64,000 nt of DNA, taken from assembly GCA_050084985.1 (NCBI GenBank), contig JBITNC010000002.1:20956001-21020000 (forward strand), written 5' to 3'. Under the pieces are notes generated by a model. It was not told the origin of the DNA. It was given only the letters and a program-made list of their open reading frames with translations, and searched no databases. The stretch comes from Nageia nagi. Its lineage: Eukaryota; Plantae; Pinophyta. Made by a program: the position numbers and the translations under genes. Below are positions 50,898 through 64,000 of this stretch, one piece after another; position 1 is the first letter of the stretch; each line of letters begins with the position of its first letter.

Positions 50898-53800
50898 TAT
50901 TAAATATTTTGAAAAGAAGAGAATAAATAATGTGTATAGCTAGAGCACAGCAAGGTTAACCATAGGTAGAATAAACAATGAGATAAATTTGGAGACCAAA
51001 ATATTGTATTGTAGAGAAGTAAAATTTTTACAAGGCTCTCTTAGAGCTAATAGGAAAATATACACAATGATTTACCCTGCTCCTCCATCATCTAATTTAT
51101 GCATGGGCTATCTAATATTATATGCCTGCTATTTGGTCAAAGTATAATTAAATGTAGCATGGCTCCATGTACACATTCTATCTTCCTTTATATAGAGTAG
51201 ATGGAGTCCATGCCCTTGTATGCATAATGTCTAAAACACATTAAGTGGTTGCAAAAGGTATATTAACCATTTTTGTATAAAAATGTTAATGTCGATGTTC
51301 TAAAACTAGTTTCGGTAGTTGAGCATTTAATTTTAGGGAAGAAATCCCTTATACAAACATTTTTAGAGTGTAAATATAGGTTTTTATGCAAGAGGGATGT
51401 GATAGCACAATAAGTCCCATGATTTAGGCTTTAAAATGGTGATGTCACTCACCAAAATTGGTGGATGTTATCACTTCCTACAATTCAAAAGGCAAAAATA
51501 GTTTCTAGGGTTTATTATTACCTAAAAGAGATAAAGCCCAAAAAATATGTCTCAAAAGTGTAGCATAGAGAGAAATGATCATAGCTTGAAGAAGACTTGA
51601 GCAGATAATAATTCCCAAAGTCTGGTAGCACCCAAAGTTAATAAAGCCCAAAATCAGTAAGTCCCAATGAACAAATTTGGAAATAATGCTTGGAGTCCAA
51701 GAGGTAATATTTGGTAGCATTAAGTCTTGAAACCTAGGGGTTGTTACTTCCTGAAGTGAAGATTTCCTATGGGTATAGTGAAGAAATAGTGCCTTGAGTC
51801 TAACACCCAAAGCTAAGACATAACACCTAGAATGAAGATAGAAATAATGCTTGGTAGATTGGTGATAATTCTCAAATGTGAAGAGAACCCACAAAATAAC
51901 AAAATATCACCTGAAGTAGGTGTAGCTATCTCCCAAGAATGGAGATTTATTATTTTCAATCACTCCCTTAATCTCCAAGATAAAATGAGAACACTTTCTC
52001 TATTTTCTAAAAAACATAAATACAAAAAAAAAAGTTAAAGACATGCAATATATACAGAGTCCAACCAATATCCTGAGCTAGTCAAAATTCACCAACATTC
52101 ACCCCTTGAATGTCTAAGTTTTGGAATTTGAGTTGGGTCCAAAGGTAGCAGAAATGATCCTTAGGTAATGGATTTGTTATGATGTCTATAATTTGAGCAT
52201 TAGTAGTATAGTGATGAAATTGGATAAAGCCATCTTCAACTAAATCTCCCATAAAGTGATGGCATATATCAATGTGCTTTGTCTTGCTATGAAATATAGG
52301 GTTCTTGGTAATGGAAATTGTGCTAAGATTCATAGTGCACTAAAATGGGGAGCTTAATATCCATGCCAAAATATTCAAATAGATGGGCAAGCCAAATTGC
52401 TTATGTGCAAATGGCAAAGGTAGCAATATACTCATCTTCTATTGATAAAAGTGCAATAGTGGGTTGCTTCTTGCTACTCCATGAAACTAAATATTATCCA
52501 AAGAAGAATCCATACCCTAACATGCTCTTCCAATCATCAAGACATCTAACCTAATCAACATCTATATAGGCTTGTAACATTGCTTGATCTGATGATTTAT
52601 ACCAAAGCCCATATTAACGTGTACCACTCACATAGCATAGGATCTGCTTGGTTATAATCCAATGCATCTAATGTGGTGAGTGCATAATCATGATACTTTA
52701 CTGATAACAAATATGATATTGATCTAGTATTAGTGAGATACATAAGGGTACTAATTAAGGACTGGTACATAGTGGCATCAACATGTGGAGAGGAGTCTTC
52801 CTTCAATAGCTTGGCTCTGATAATAATTGGTGTATCAATAAGGTTGCATCTTTGCATCTTGAAGCAGGCTAGCATATCTTCCACATATTTTAACTGAGTG
52901 ATCAAAATACCACTAGAGGATTGATTGACTTGTAGGCCAAGAAAATAATTCATCTCTCTAAGATCACTCATCTCAAATTCACTGATCATAACATTATTGA
53001 ATTGGTCTATCATAGCATTAGTGGTACTAGTAAAAATGATATCATCAACATACAAGTATAGAATAAAGAAGTTGCTACCTTCAACTTTTGTGTATAGTGT
53101 GCTTTTCATTGAGCATATTTGATAACTATTTTTTTGAAGATAACCATCAATTTGATCGTACCATTCTCGAGGTGCTTATTTAAGGCCATATAAAGCCTTT
53201 ATGAGTTTATACACCTTTCTACTTGATTAAGAATAATAAATAATTTAGGATTATTATCATAAATAACCTCCTTTAAATATCCATTAAGGAAGGTAGATTT
53301 GACATCCATCTGATTAACTGTCAATCCAAAATGAGAGGAAAGTGCAAGCAAAGATCTTATAGTCTCTAGCCTAGCCATTGATGCAAAGGTTTCATCATAA
53401 TATAGCCCTTCCTTTTGAGCATATCCTTTAGAAACTAGATGGGCTTTATGCTTTGAAATACTTCCATTAGGATTATGCTTCAATTTTTAAATCCACTTGA
53501 CACCAATTACCTTTTTCTCTTTAGGAGAAGGTAAGAGCTCCTAGGTTTCATTCTTCTGGATTTGTTCAATCTCATCCTCTATGTCTTTCTTCCAATCCTC
53601 ATTAGTATTAGTTTTAGTATATGAGGAAGGCTCAACAAATGAAGCTATTAATGCATAAGAGATATTTACCTCTTGATTTCCAACTCTAGTTTGTGATTGA
53701 GTCATTATTTTATTAAGCTCTTTATCCAACATCAATGATGGAGGATGATAGCGGTCACTTGTCCACTTATTATTGGTTGGTGGAGTATGAGTAGCAAGAG

Positions 53801-55900
53801 ATTGATTTGGTTATGCTTGCTATGGTGATCTGGTGGATGGTGAAGATGGTGATGAAGGTTGAAGAGGAGGAGGTGTAGTAGTGTGAGAAGGTTCACCATC
53901 TTCATCAAATTGGAACTCAATAGTGGTGTCTTTAGCACCATTTTCTTGATTGGTTATGTCTCCTTCAATAATCATATCTTTGTTGATGTGTATCTTACCA
54001 ATTTATGGATCATAACATCTATAGGGCTTAGATGTTTTCTTTTTGCACATGCATAAAATAGGTTAAGCCAAATATCCAAAGATGAGAAATATTTAGCTAC
54101 ACACCAAACCAAGCTTCATAAGGGGTGGTATCCTTTGAAACTTGAGAGGGAAACCTATTTATAATATAAACAACAAAATGCACTACTTCACCCCAAAAAT
54201 TAGTGGGATGGTCCTTTTCTTTTACAATGCATTAAGCCATCTCAACAACTATTGAGTTTTTTTTTTCGACAACTCTATTGTATCATGGAGTGTAGGTAGT
54301 TGTATACTACCTAACAATTCCATGCTGATGGTAGAAGTTCTTAAATTCATTAGAAATGAATTCTCCTTCTTTATCAGTTCTAAACTTCTTGATAAAATAG
54401 CTAGATTATTTTTCAACAAGAGACTTAAATTTAACAAAACTCTTAAAGGATTCATACTTGTTTTGTAGTAAATAAAGCTAGCTCATCCTAGAATACTCAT
54501 CATTAAAGATGAGCATATATATTGACTTAACACCTTGGCTGGGAGTATGCAATGGTCCACACAAGTCTGCATGCACTAGCTAAAGAGGGTACTTGGCCCT
54601 GTATTGGTGCTTTGGAAACTTTACTCTATGTTGCTTGCCTACAACATAACTTTCATAGACCTCACTAGGTGTATGGGAGATGGTAGGAAATCCTCTCACC
54701 AATTTGTGTAGACCATTTAATGAGTGAGAGTTTAAATGACCAAATATCCTATGCTATAACTAGGAAAAATCAATGGAATCTTCTAAAAAACTTGTTGCAG
54801 GTGTCATCTTGAGCATATACATCCTATTTTCAGTCATATGGATGGTGGCTATAAGCTAGTTATTGGCCTCTTTTACTATGGTACATCCTTTCCTTTTGAA
54901 TGTGGTAATATAACCCCTTATACTAAGTTGGCCAATACCTAATAGATTGTGCTTGAGGCTAGGAACAAAGAGAGTGATATGCATATAAACTATTTTACTA
55001 GCTTTAGAATTAAAGGTAATAGTTCCTCCACTATGGATGTTGGCACTTTTGTTGTCACCAAACCTAACTTGACATATGAAAAAGCTATCAACATTAAGAA
55101 ATAAGGCTTTATTTCTAGTCATGTGGTTAGAGCAACCACTCTCTAGGTACCATACATCTTCTTCTTTAGCCTGGAAACTACTACAGGTGAGGAACATGTT
55201 GCACTAGGATTGATCTTCAATATACTAAGCTTTGATCAGGGAATCCTTCTTCTCGCAATGAGATTCTATGTGACCATATTTGTTATAGAAGTCATAATGT
55301 CTAAGGGTGTCATTTTATGATCTTCACCTAGAATAGCCTCTTCCACAACCTCTTCTACCTCTACCTTGGCCATTGCTTCTTCCTTATGGTGATCCACCTC
55401 TTCTATGAGATGATGAAGAAGAACTAGGAGTTGATGAAGAGGACTCTAAGCCCTTCATTCTCAACTATGCTTGGAAAGCTTGGTCCATAGACTCAACTCT
55501 ATCGCTAATTTTATACTCATGGGTAGTTAAAATACCTTGAAACTCTACAAGCATAAGTTGGGATAGGTCCTTTGCTTCTTCAATGGTAGTGGTGATGGGA
55601 TCAAACCTTTTCGACAAGCTCTGGAGCACCTTTCAACAATTCTGGTGTCTCCCATCTCTTCACTGTGTGAATGGAGGGCATTTACAAGATCTTGGATCTT
55701 GAAAAAAAAAGAAACTTATATTTTCTTCCTCTCTCATATGGAGAGATTCAAACATCTTCCTTAAAGTATAGAGCTTTACCACATGGACCTCAGCTGATCC
55801 TTTGGATGTGATCTCTAAGATCTCCCCTGCTTCCTTAGAATTCTTACACTATACAATTTTGGGGAAGATGGACACATCTATCCTAGATTGGATGAAAAAT
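50898..55900 (-). mobile_element. Ty1/copia element, 5' LTR lost (3' LTR 50898-52097), unit B
   Basis: WYLESGCSNHMT (protease), [11 protein letters not shown] and LYVDDII (RT), KTKHIDICHHF (RNase H). Confidence 0.9.
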
Positions 55901-57349
55901 AATACCTAGCCTTCCTCATCCCATTCCAAATCATAGAGCTGAATGGGAGATTGACTATTGTGAAAAATCATTGATGATATAAGTCATCTAAATATTTAAA
56001 CTATAGGGCTTGATTCCATTGAGAATCAGTTTCTTTGATAGAAAATAAATAGTTTTATATTATTTATCATGAACAAGTATAGAAATATGGATGATTGATA
56101 TTACATGAGCTATTTTTAACATTTTTGAATGCTTAGTGAATCTTGGAGCATAGCTTTTGGAAGTGTTATATGACCCAAACTTCTAGTTTTAGTTGGCTTT
56201 TATGTTTGCACATAGCATGTAGATTAAAATTTATGTCACGTTTAGAAACATGTTTTATGATTTTACTGATACTGCTATGAAACTAAACAAGAAAAAATAG
56301 GAAAAAATTTAATTTATTACTCAAAAATAGATAATATAATAGCGATAAAAAAATTAACAAAAAGTATGCAAAAAAAAAATGATTGCATTATCATCAATAA
56401 AAGTAAAACATGTAGAATTTGCATAAGGTTATATTGAAGAAGTAGGGATAACAATTTTTTAGAATGAGTATATACAATTTGTGGATTATACTAATTTTTA
56501 TATAAATGAGCATATGTTCATCTATATAACTTTGTAGATATGACTGAAGTATTTTATTACATTTCTTTTGTTAGTCAAGTAATATCATTGTATTCTTTAT
56601 GAGTTTTCTCCTATTAAAGGGATAACATCATTGGATTTTTATCAAAGATATTTAATTATTATATTATTCATTTCACTTCAAACTATATCAATTAACACAT
56701 TTGTTAATGTCACTTGCAAACATTAAAATATATTTCTATTTCATATGAAAACTTCACATAAATTATCTTGTAAATGTTAAAGGGACCTTTAAATAGCCAT
56801 ATAGAATTTTGTAGTGACCTACTATAGTTTTTTGTCCCATAATATATGTTAATATAATTTACCTTTACATTTTATTTAGTTATTCCAATGTTTATTTTAC
56901 ATCAAATGACATCAACTAACACATTTGTTAGGACATGTAAAAGATTATAAACTAGCTTTATATTTTAGATTGATGACACTATATCTATGAAAAATATTAT
57001 TAATAATACAAGAAATATATCATTTCCTTTACTTTGGCTAATTTTTTTTTTAAAATATATAAAAAAATATTTATGGAACTTAATAGTTTAATTTGAATCC
57101 AATTGATATGAGAAGAAAATGTTTGATGATTTTAGGTATATAATATTATTTAAATTACAACTACTAAAATTTAACACCATATGACAACATATATACATTC
57201 ATACCATTGATGATATTGCATTATACTTAATGGTACCTAACTATTATGCTATGATTTTTGTTTTTGTCACTCTCCTCCAAAAACATTGACATTGAATGCA
57301 ATTTTATAAATCATAGTACATAAAAGATACATTGAGACTTATGCTTAAC

Positions 57350-58898
57350 ATTGATTTTGCTAAGATTTGTAATTCTAGGATGAGATTAATGGTTTCCAAT
57401 GGAGCATATTGGAGAGGTCAATGTTGTATTCTTGGTGAGTAGAGGAATGAGCCATCCATATATGACTTAAGTAAACCCCTATATTATCCTATACTACATC
57501 TACATAGTTTAGTTATCTTCAAACTATTTTGTTATTATGTTTTATCCATAGAGAACATGATATTAGAATAGGGGTAGAATTCCAAACTATTGAAGGTACC
57601 TTCCTCTTAGTTGAAGGAGAACATGTTGAGGAATTGAACCCAAATTTTAGAATAAAAGGGATAGTGAAGAAGCATATGGGATCCCATATCAATTGAATTG
57701 TTGCACAAGAATCAATGGAAAATTTCATGCTAGCCTCTCTTGAATAGTTATTCACTAGAGAGGAATTTATTATATGCTATAAACAATAAGAATAAATTGG
57801 CCTTAGGCCAATATTTCAACCTCTATATTTTATTCTAAACTATAGGAATCCAAGCAAGAGTTATAGGGGAAGCTAGGTGTATGTATACTAAACAAACTGT
57901 ATAGTCTCCCTTTAGGGTTAGGACCCAGATGAATTTGTTTTCATCATTTAATTTAATCTTATAAGGTAGTAATAGGGAGTTAAGAGCCTTTCTTTCAGCA
58001 CTAATATATTTAAAGATAATATCAAGAATACACCATTTTGAAAGTTATTGGCCATTAGCATCTCTCCATTCAATGTAATCAATAACATATTCACCTCTTA
58101 TTTGGTTGAACAAATTTTGTATCTTCTTAAAATTGGTCAACTAGGTTAGAGGGGTTGTAGATAACCATGTATCCTCCCAAAAGTGGACTCTATCTCTTTT
58201 GTCAACAACCCATTTTAGAAGATGTAAAATATGATTCCTAGCCTTCATCATCTCATTCCAAATCATAGAACTAAATGGGAGATTGACTATTGTGAAAACT
58301 CTATGATGATATAAATCATCTAATTATTTTAACTATAAGGCTTGATTCCATTAAGAATCAAATTCTTTGTATCATTTTCAAATTAGCTTACTTATCAAGG
58401 TAATATTCATTTTTTGAATGCTTTTGATGCCCAAGCCTCTCAATTCCAATTTTGAACACACAATTTACTAGGCCACTAGGTGAGCTTTCCTTTCCTCTAT
58501 GTTTCCATACCATAGAAAGTTACACATTAGAAGTTGAATTTATTTCTTCACTTTTCAAAGATCCAAAGAACATCAATATAGAATATCAAGAGAGAAGAGA
58601 GGACTGATTATATCTTATTTAGTCTTCTAGCTAGCCAATTTATTTATAATTTTAAAAGTGAGCGAGTCCCAAAAGATACCAATGTTTCCCCCCAAAAATA
58701 ATGTTAGACCCAAGTATGTGCTTGGAAGAGAGTCAATTGACATTTTGATTTTTCTTGCCATATATTGGAGGAATTTGGATGGTTTCATGTTGATACCATA
58801 CAATTTTAACTTGTCATAGTTCATTGCTTGTCCTAATGCTAGTTCATAGGAGTTGAGAAAATTTTTGATAATGTGGATTTCTTGGATAAAGGGGTATG
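57350..58898 (-). mobile_element. Old L1-clade LINE ORF2 3' part (duplicate of 1240-1931 plus 4863-5812, without the younger LINE)
   Basis: Colinear sequence; LPSTYLGLTLF motif; a single copy of the TSD sequence at about 57978-57995. Confidence 0.85.
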
Positions 58899-61800
58899 TG
58901 TAAAATCCCAAATAATTCTTCAAGAAAATATTAGCCAATTATTGAGCTATAAATATAATATTATGCTTCTAGGCATACCAAAAATTGATCTAGGGTATCA
59001 AATATGTATAAAAATATACCAAAAACTTCAACATTGCACCTTTTGAGCTAGAAAATACATCAATAGCTCAACATGACATCAGGGAATCCATAAATCATGC
59101 AAAATCCACCACAAATAATCCCTAAAATATGATGTCACACCAAGAGAAGTAAGATATCATAAAACACATATTAAATAAGATAAGAAATGGAGATTAAGTG
59201 TGTCACAACTTAACTAATGAAGTAATTATAGGAATAATACAATACCAGGCCCCTCAAGGGCTCAATGTTGGCCTCTAAGGAGCCAACTAGGGCATAGCAA
59301 TATGCATATATGATAAATGATATATATATATATATTATATATATATATATATATATTATAGAACAACTACACTATACCATGTATTTATATGCCTCACTAA
59401 AGAGCTTCCTCATAAGCTAGCTCCTAGTGAAGAGAATAAGTGCTATTTAATAATGCCACCAGATGGATTCAAAGGTGCAGACCACTTTGGATGCCTTAGG
59501 GTAGTGCAACCTTAAAACATGAACATTCACCTCAATCACTAGTTATAAGGTGTTCTAAGCCTCCCAAAATCTCCTTGGTCTACATGCCCAAGGGTACTTA
59601 ATGGTACCAAGTCTTTGGTAACTCTGAAGAGAAGAAGGAGTTTTAATATAATAATCAACATATCTTTGTAATAATTCTCCAATGTATTTTATAACATAGT
59701 TTGTATTTGGATCTCACCTAGAATTCATTACCCAATTCTCCAATACAATGTTAGACTCCTAGAGTCTCTTAAATGCCCAATGTGGATGCCTAAGGATTAT
59801 GTATACCCAACATGGGTATATAGAGGTCATACATGCCCAACATAGGTGTCTAGATGCTACACATGCCCAAAATGGGTAAGAGTCATACATGCCATCTTAA
59901 TTTCTAGAAGTCATACATGGATGCTTAGGTGTCATCATGGACCAACATGAGGGTCTGGGAGTTTCCCAAGGTTGGTATAGGTGTGCAAGTGCTCCAAGTC
60001 GAATGTTCGGGGTATACATGATTATCCATATTAAGGTACCATCCTAGGTAGTATACAAGACTTGGTATTCCTACAATAAATATTAAGGATCTCTAAGTGT
60101 ACATAAAATAATAAAATAACTAATCCTAATTGTGGGAGGAAAACATCCCTCTTTGGGGTTCACAATGTAGGTCTAATGGACCATTATTTTTTTATCCCAA
60201 GTAACTAATAATGTAAAAATAAAATATTTATAAAGGAAACACTAAGGATACCAAATTTACTTATTTTTGTTCAAAAAGAGATGTTACAAAGCCTCCCCTC
60301 TCAAATTGCTTTCCCTCAAGCAATTGTAAAATACAAAAAAACCTTTTATTCCAAACATCTTTTGGTACATATGTATGCATCAAATGAAAAATTCTTTACG
60401 TAAAATACAACTTCAATATATCCCACCAATAAATCAGAAAATAACATCCATATAACAAAATAATTGGAAAAGTATCTCTCATGTCTAAATCATAAAAGTA
60501 ATGTGCAACCTTTCTTTTGAAACTATTTTTAGTCATGTTAGTGGTGGAAAAAATACATGATCTTTCTTAAGTATTAGTGCCTTCACTTTCATTTAGATCA
60601 ACCTTCTCTATGTAATTCTGACCTCCATGTATCGCATAAAAAACTTTTAATATTGAAATAAGGTCATTTCCATCATGAGTAATCCACATTAAGCATAAAA
60701 CTATAGTTTTGAGCTCATAGTTCACATGAAAATTTTTGATATAGCAATCCACAATAAGCACAAAAATGTAGTTGTGAGCATTTGCAATAATCATGAAATA
60801 ATAGGGATAAAAGCATTATTCCATCTATGTGTTATGATATCATCCTACAAAAATATAGGAAAAAAAAAACTATGAGTGGAAACAAAGAAGTCCCTTGTTC
60901 CTTATCAAGTTTCAAGCTCTTCTTATACCCAATGTTGCATTTCTAGGCTCTAGTTTTTTCTCATTGTGTGGCTAAATTGCTTCCATCCTTTTATTTATCA
61001 CTTGAGGATAATATTCCTTGATTCCTTCCAAGGTACGAGCCTTACCATCAACTTGGAAACTCATAGTTAGATTTTAGTAATTGGTATGAATATCTCCCAA
61101 TTCAAATAGCTATTGTACTCCCAAGATCATATGAGGATGTCCATCAAGGGGGTAGACATAAATTTTCTATAGCTGTATAACCTTTCAATATTACTCCAAA
61201 ATTTTTAACCAATTGATCCAAATGAGTAAGTTTCCCTTTAGCATTAAAAACTCTAAATCCTTCAAAACCTTTAGTCTTAATTCCTTTCTTGCTTACAAAT
61301 TTTCCATAAATAAAATTATGAGAAGCACCAAGATCTATGAATATCATTACCCCTTTTCCTTTTGCTTGATTAATTACCTTTAAAGTGAAATATTTTGGTT
61401 CTCCATTGAGGAAAGCAATCATGCTTCCAAAAGATGCCTCCTCCTTGGGTATTTCTTCATTCTCTAACACATCCACATCAAGCTCCAAGTTGGATCCATC
61501 ATCATCGTAAGGAAGGACCTCAATTTAATGCACTTTCCCTTTGTATTGACAATTATGCCTTGGTTTCCATAGTTTCTTGTAGTGGCGAAATTTACCTTCC
61601 TCCCTCAATTTCCTCCTAGTAGCTACATAAACTTGACTTTTCTAGGTGGAAGAATGCCTTGTGGTTGTTGATCACTTATTTTTTGCTTCAAATTTTCTCA
61701 TGATATGGCCTTTGTGTGTTTGTTCAACTTTGAGGGTAGTCATAGTGTCCTCCAAATCATATGCAATCCTTATTGCATCATCAAGGGTTTGTGGTCTTAA

Positions 61801-62332
61801 ATTTTCACCATCCATTATATAGCTTCCATCAATTCCTCTACAAAAATGAAAGTTAGGCTCATCCTTGAAATATTGTAAATCATCACTACTTTAATTTTAT
61901 GAAATTATGAAATATATTCATGAACTATTCCTTATTATTTTAGATATGTGAGCTTTCTAAAATAATCATTTTCCTTCTTCTTGTCAATTTTTTTTACCAA
62001 TATTCTTGTAAATGCATCAAAAGAAGTATGAGAATAATCTTGGTTAATTACCCCATGCTACCACCATTCAAGAGCATCTCCCTTGAGATACAATAATGCA
62101 AAATAAATGGTATCTTCTTCGATCATGTTGGGGATCTAGTTGAAGTATGTTTGGAGTTGATGTAGCCATGCCTACCCATCATATTCCTCCAATCATATAT
62201 AATTAACTATGTTTTATTTACCTTTTTATGGACTTCTTTCTTATCACCCCATGAATTTCCTTGAGAATGGGTCCCATGAGAACTATTCCCTTGGAGAATA
62301 AATATCTCCAAATAACTATTGAAATTCACATC
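58899..62332 (-). mobile_element. Duplicate of the gypsy element (3' LTR 58899-60288, protease and gag remnants), interrupted at 62332
   Basis: TGTAAAATCCC...GATGTTACA LTR; MIFIDLGASHNFI protease motif; colinear with 5813-9270. Confidence 0.88.
59320..59360. repeat. (TA)n microsatellite inside the LTR
   Basis: Interrupted TA run, absent from the other LTR copies. Confidence 0.9.
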
Positions 62333-64000
62333 TGAAAGGAAATAGGAAAAACTTATATTGATACAATGAGACATACCTATAAATAGGCATTTACAAGAAC
62401 GAATACCATGGTTTGAGCACATGGTATTGTGCATATGGTTTTACAAAACAACGATAAACATTAAATGATAACTAACTTAGGGACTCTAAAGTTAGATACC
62501 CTAGCAAGCTTAACTTACTCTAACACCCCCCTTTTAAGCTAGGCTAGGAGGTAGTAGACATAAGCAAACTAGTACAATATGGGTCCCGACAACAAGGCCT
62601 GATGAGGTACCCATTAACAAAATGAATCAAGCACAAAGAAGTTGTAGAGCGACCAAAGATAATGAACATGTGCAACTGAAGAACAAAGAACCTCCAACAA
62701 AAGTTGGATCAAAGAGTCACTACTCGATCAACACAAACAAAGAGAGTCCCTCAACCTGAAATTAGGGCATGAACTTTTCTTTGAAGAGCTTGTTGATGAT
62801 GCAAAAGGCACACCAAATGGTACCTAGAACCCATTAACACTGTACCAAAAATGGTACAAGGATCCATGAAGGAAGTCGATGTCGAACTCAGGAACACTGT
62901 CGAAGAAGATGGATCACCAAAACTCATTGTGCCAAGATTCAACACGATGAAGATAATGCAACACTAGGAAGATGCAACACGAGGAAGATGCAAAAAACTG
63001 GATACAAATAGAAGTCCTCCTAACTGAAACATGAAGTAATCCCCCATGAAAGATGCTGATGACCACACAACTTAGTAGAGAACAAGTCCACTAACTACGA
63101 CTGTCAAAAAATTGACGGGAGCATGAGGAATGATAACACAGTACTAAACATCAACCAAAGTGATGTTGAACAAAAGTTCAAGACTACAACAAGGTTTGAT
63201 CCTCATGATGTGTCTCCTAGGAACCTAGCAAAACAAAGTTGTAAATAAAGCCCCTCCTTAAAATTTGCCTTTATAAAATAGGCTTACAACCAATTTCATC
63301 AAAAACTATTCGAAGTCTGCTCCACAATGCAAAAAACGGCACTCAAAATGAAGTCCGTTTGCAAAAGTTATGGAATTAATTCGTTTTGGAGCAAAAATTA
63401 AATTTTTAATGCCCAAAACATTAGAAAAATTTAATTAAATTAAAAACAGTGAATTTAAATGGCAGAACTTCAAATTGTGATTCACGATTGATGGGGGAGG
63501 CAAAATGGGTCATGCAGCTACTCAAAACGATCGGAATGGAATGAGGAACATCATGAAAGTGTCCGTTCCCAAAAATGAGCCCCGATGAAAGCACAATCTT
63601 GAAAAACGTGACTGTTACACAAGCTGCCCCAATTAAATTGAAAGCTGAATCATCAAACACTCCTAACTTCCTCAAACGAGCTCGGATTCTAATGATCCAA
63701 AAGACAAAATTGTGTAACTCAAAAAAGGGTATCCGATTATGCTACCAGAAATCAAATTTGATGAACAGCAACTTCAAAAATTGTGCCTATCTTTTTCATG
63801 ACGTTTTCGAGCAAGTGAAGGGCACAAATCTCTCATAGCAGGAAGAACATACCCATTAGACAGCAAAGAGGCATGCACAGTCAGCAAGGAAACTTCAATT
63901 AGCAAAGGTGGCACGGGCTGAGGAAGGCTCGGAATTCACCAGCAAACCCGTCCATTCTCAGATCCGCAAGGAGGAAAAATGGCGAAGCAGCTGTAGCCAT
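62333..64000 (-). mobile_element. LTR element inserted into the gypsy gag: short 3' LTR (62333-62525), PPT, apparently non-coding internal region running off the window
   Basis: Homology to 9260-9270 stops at 62332. TG...CA boundaries are followed by CCCCCCTT (PPT complement), and composition shifts to higher GC/CpG. Confidence 0.6.

Larger units (their letters stand above)
44047..61211. repeat. Tandem segmental duplication, unit B (~17.2 kb)
   Basis: Starts CATACAGCCACACT (compare 29051 CATACGGCCACCACT) and ends TTTAACCA (compare 44041-44048). Confidence 0.93.

Noticed and set aside
29051-61211. Assembly artifact (both haplotypes placed in tandem)
   Set aside because: The units differ by many substitutions and indels throughout, more consistent with an old duplication; long reads would confirm.
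231-63838. Remaining 60-170 aa ORFs in the track as host genes
   Set aside because: They are TE fragments, antisense shadows of TE frames, or low-complexity AT-rich chance ORFs.

Overview
AT-rich eukaryotic plant genomic DNA; the repeat types and depth of decay suggest a gymnosperm-like genome (inference). The window is mostly nested, decayed retroelements: L1-clade LINEs, Ty1/copia, Ty3/gypsy and a probable Penelope-like element. No intact protein-coding gene was found. The only host gene is a 5-exon expansin-like A (EXLA) locus on the minus strand (27655-28869). It carries a premature stop, a GACGYG->GAFGYG change and two damaged splice sites, so it is probably a pseudogene. To its right is a tandem segmental duplication (29051-44046 and 44047-61211). 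Each unit holds a copy of the EXLA upstream region and a 3' remnant of another EXLA paralog disrupted by a copia element. A LINE+gypsy composite with the same insertion junction occurs at both ends of the window. The two most unusual observations are (i) a full-length, TSD-bounded L1-type LINE whose extreme 5' end is a tRNA-like A-box/B-box head (18472-24262), and (ii) a decayed long reading frame (about 15.9-18.1 kb, with a second diverged copy at 25.5-26.2 kb) whose motifs resemble the pre-RT region of Penelope-like retroelements. All calls were made by eye; no searches were run.
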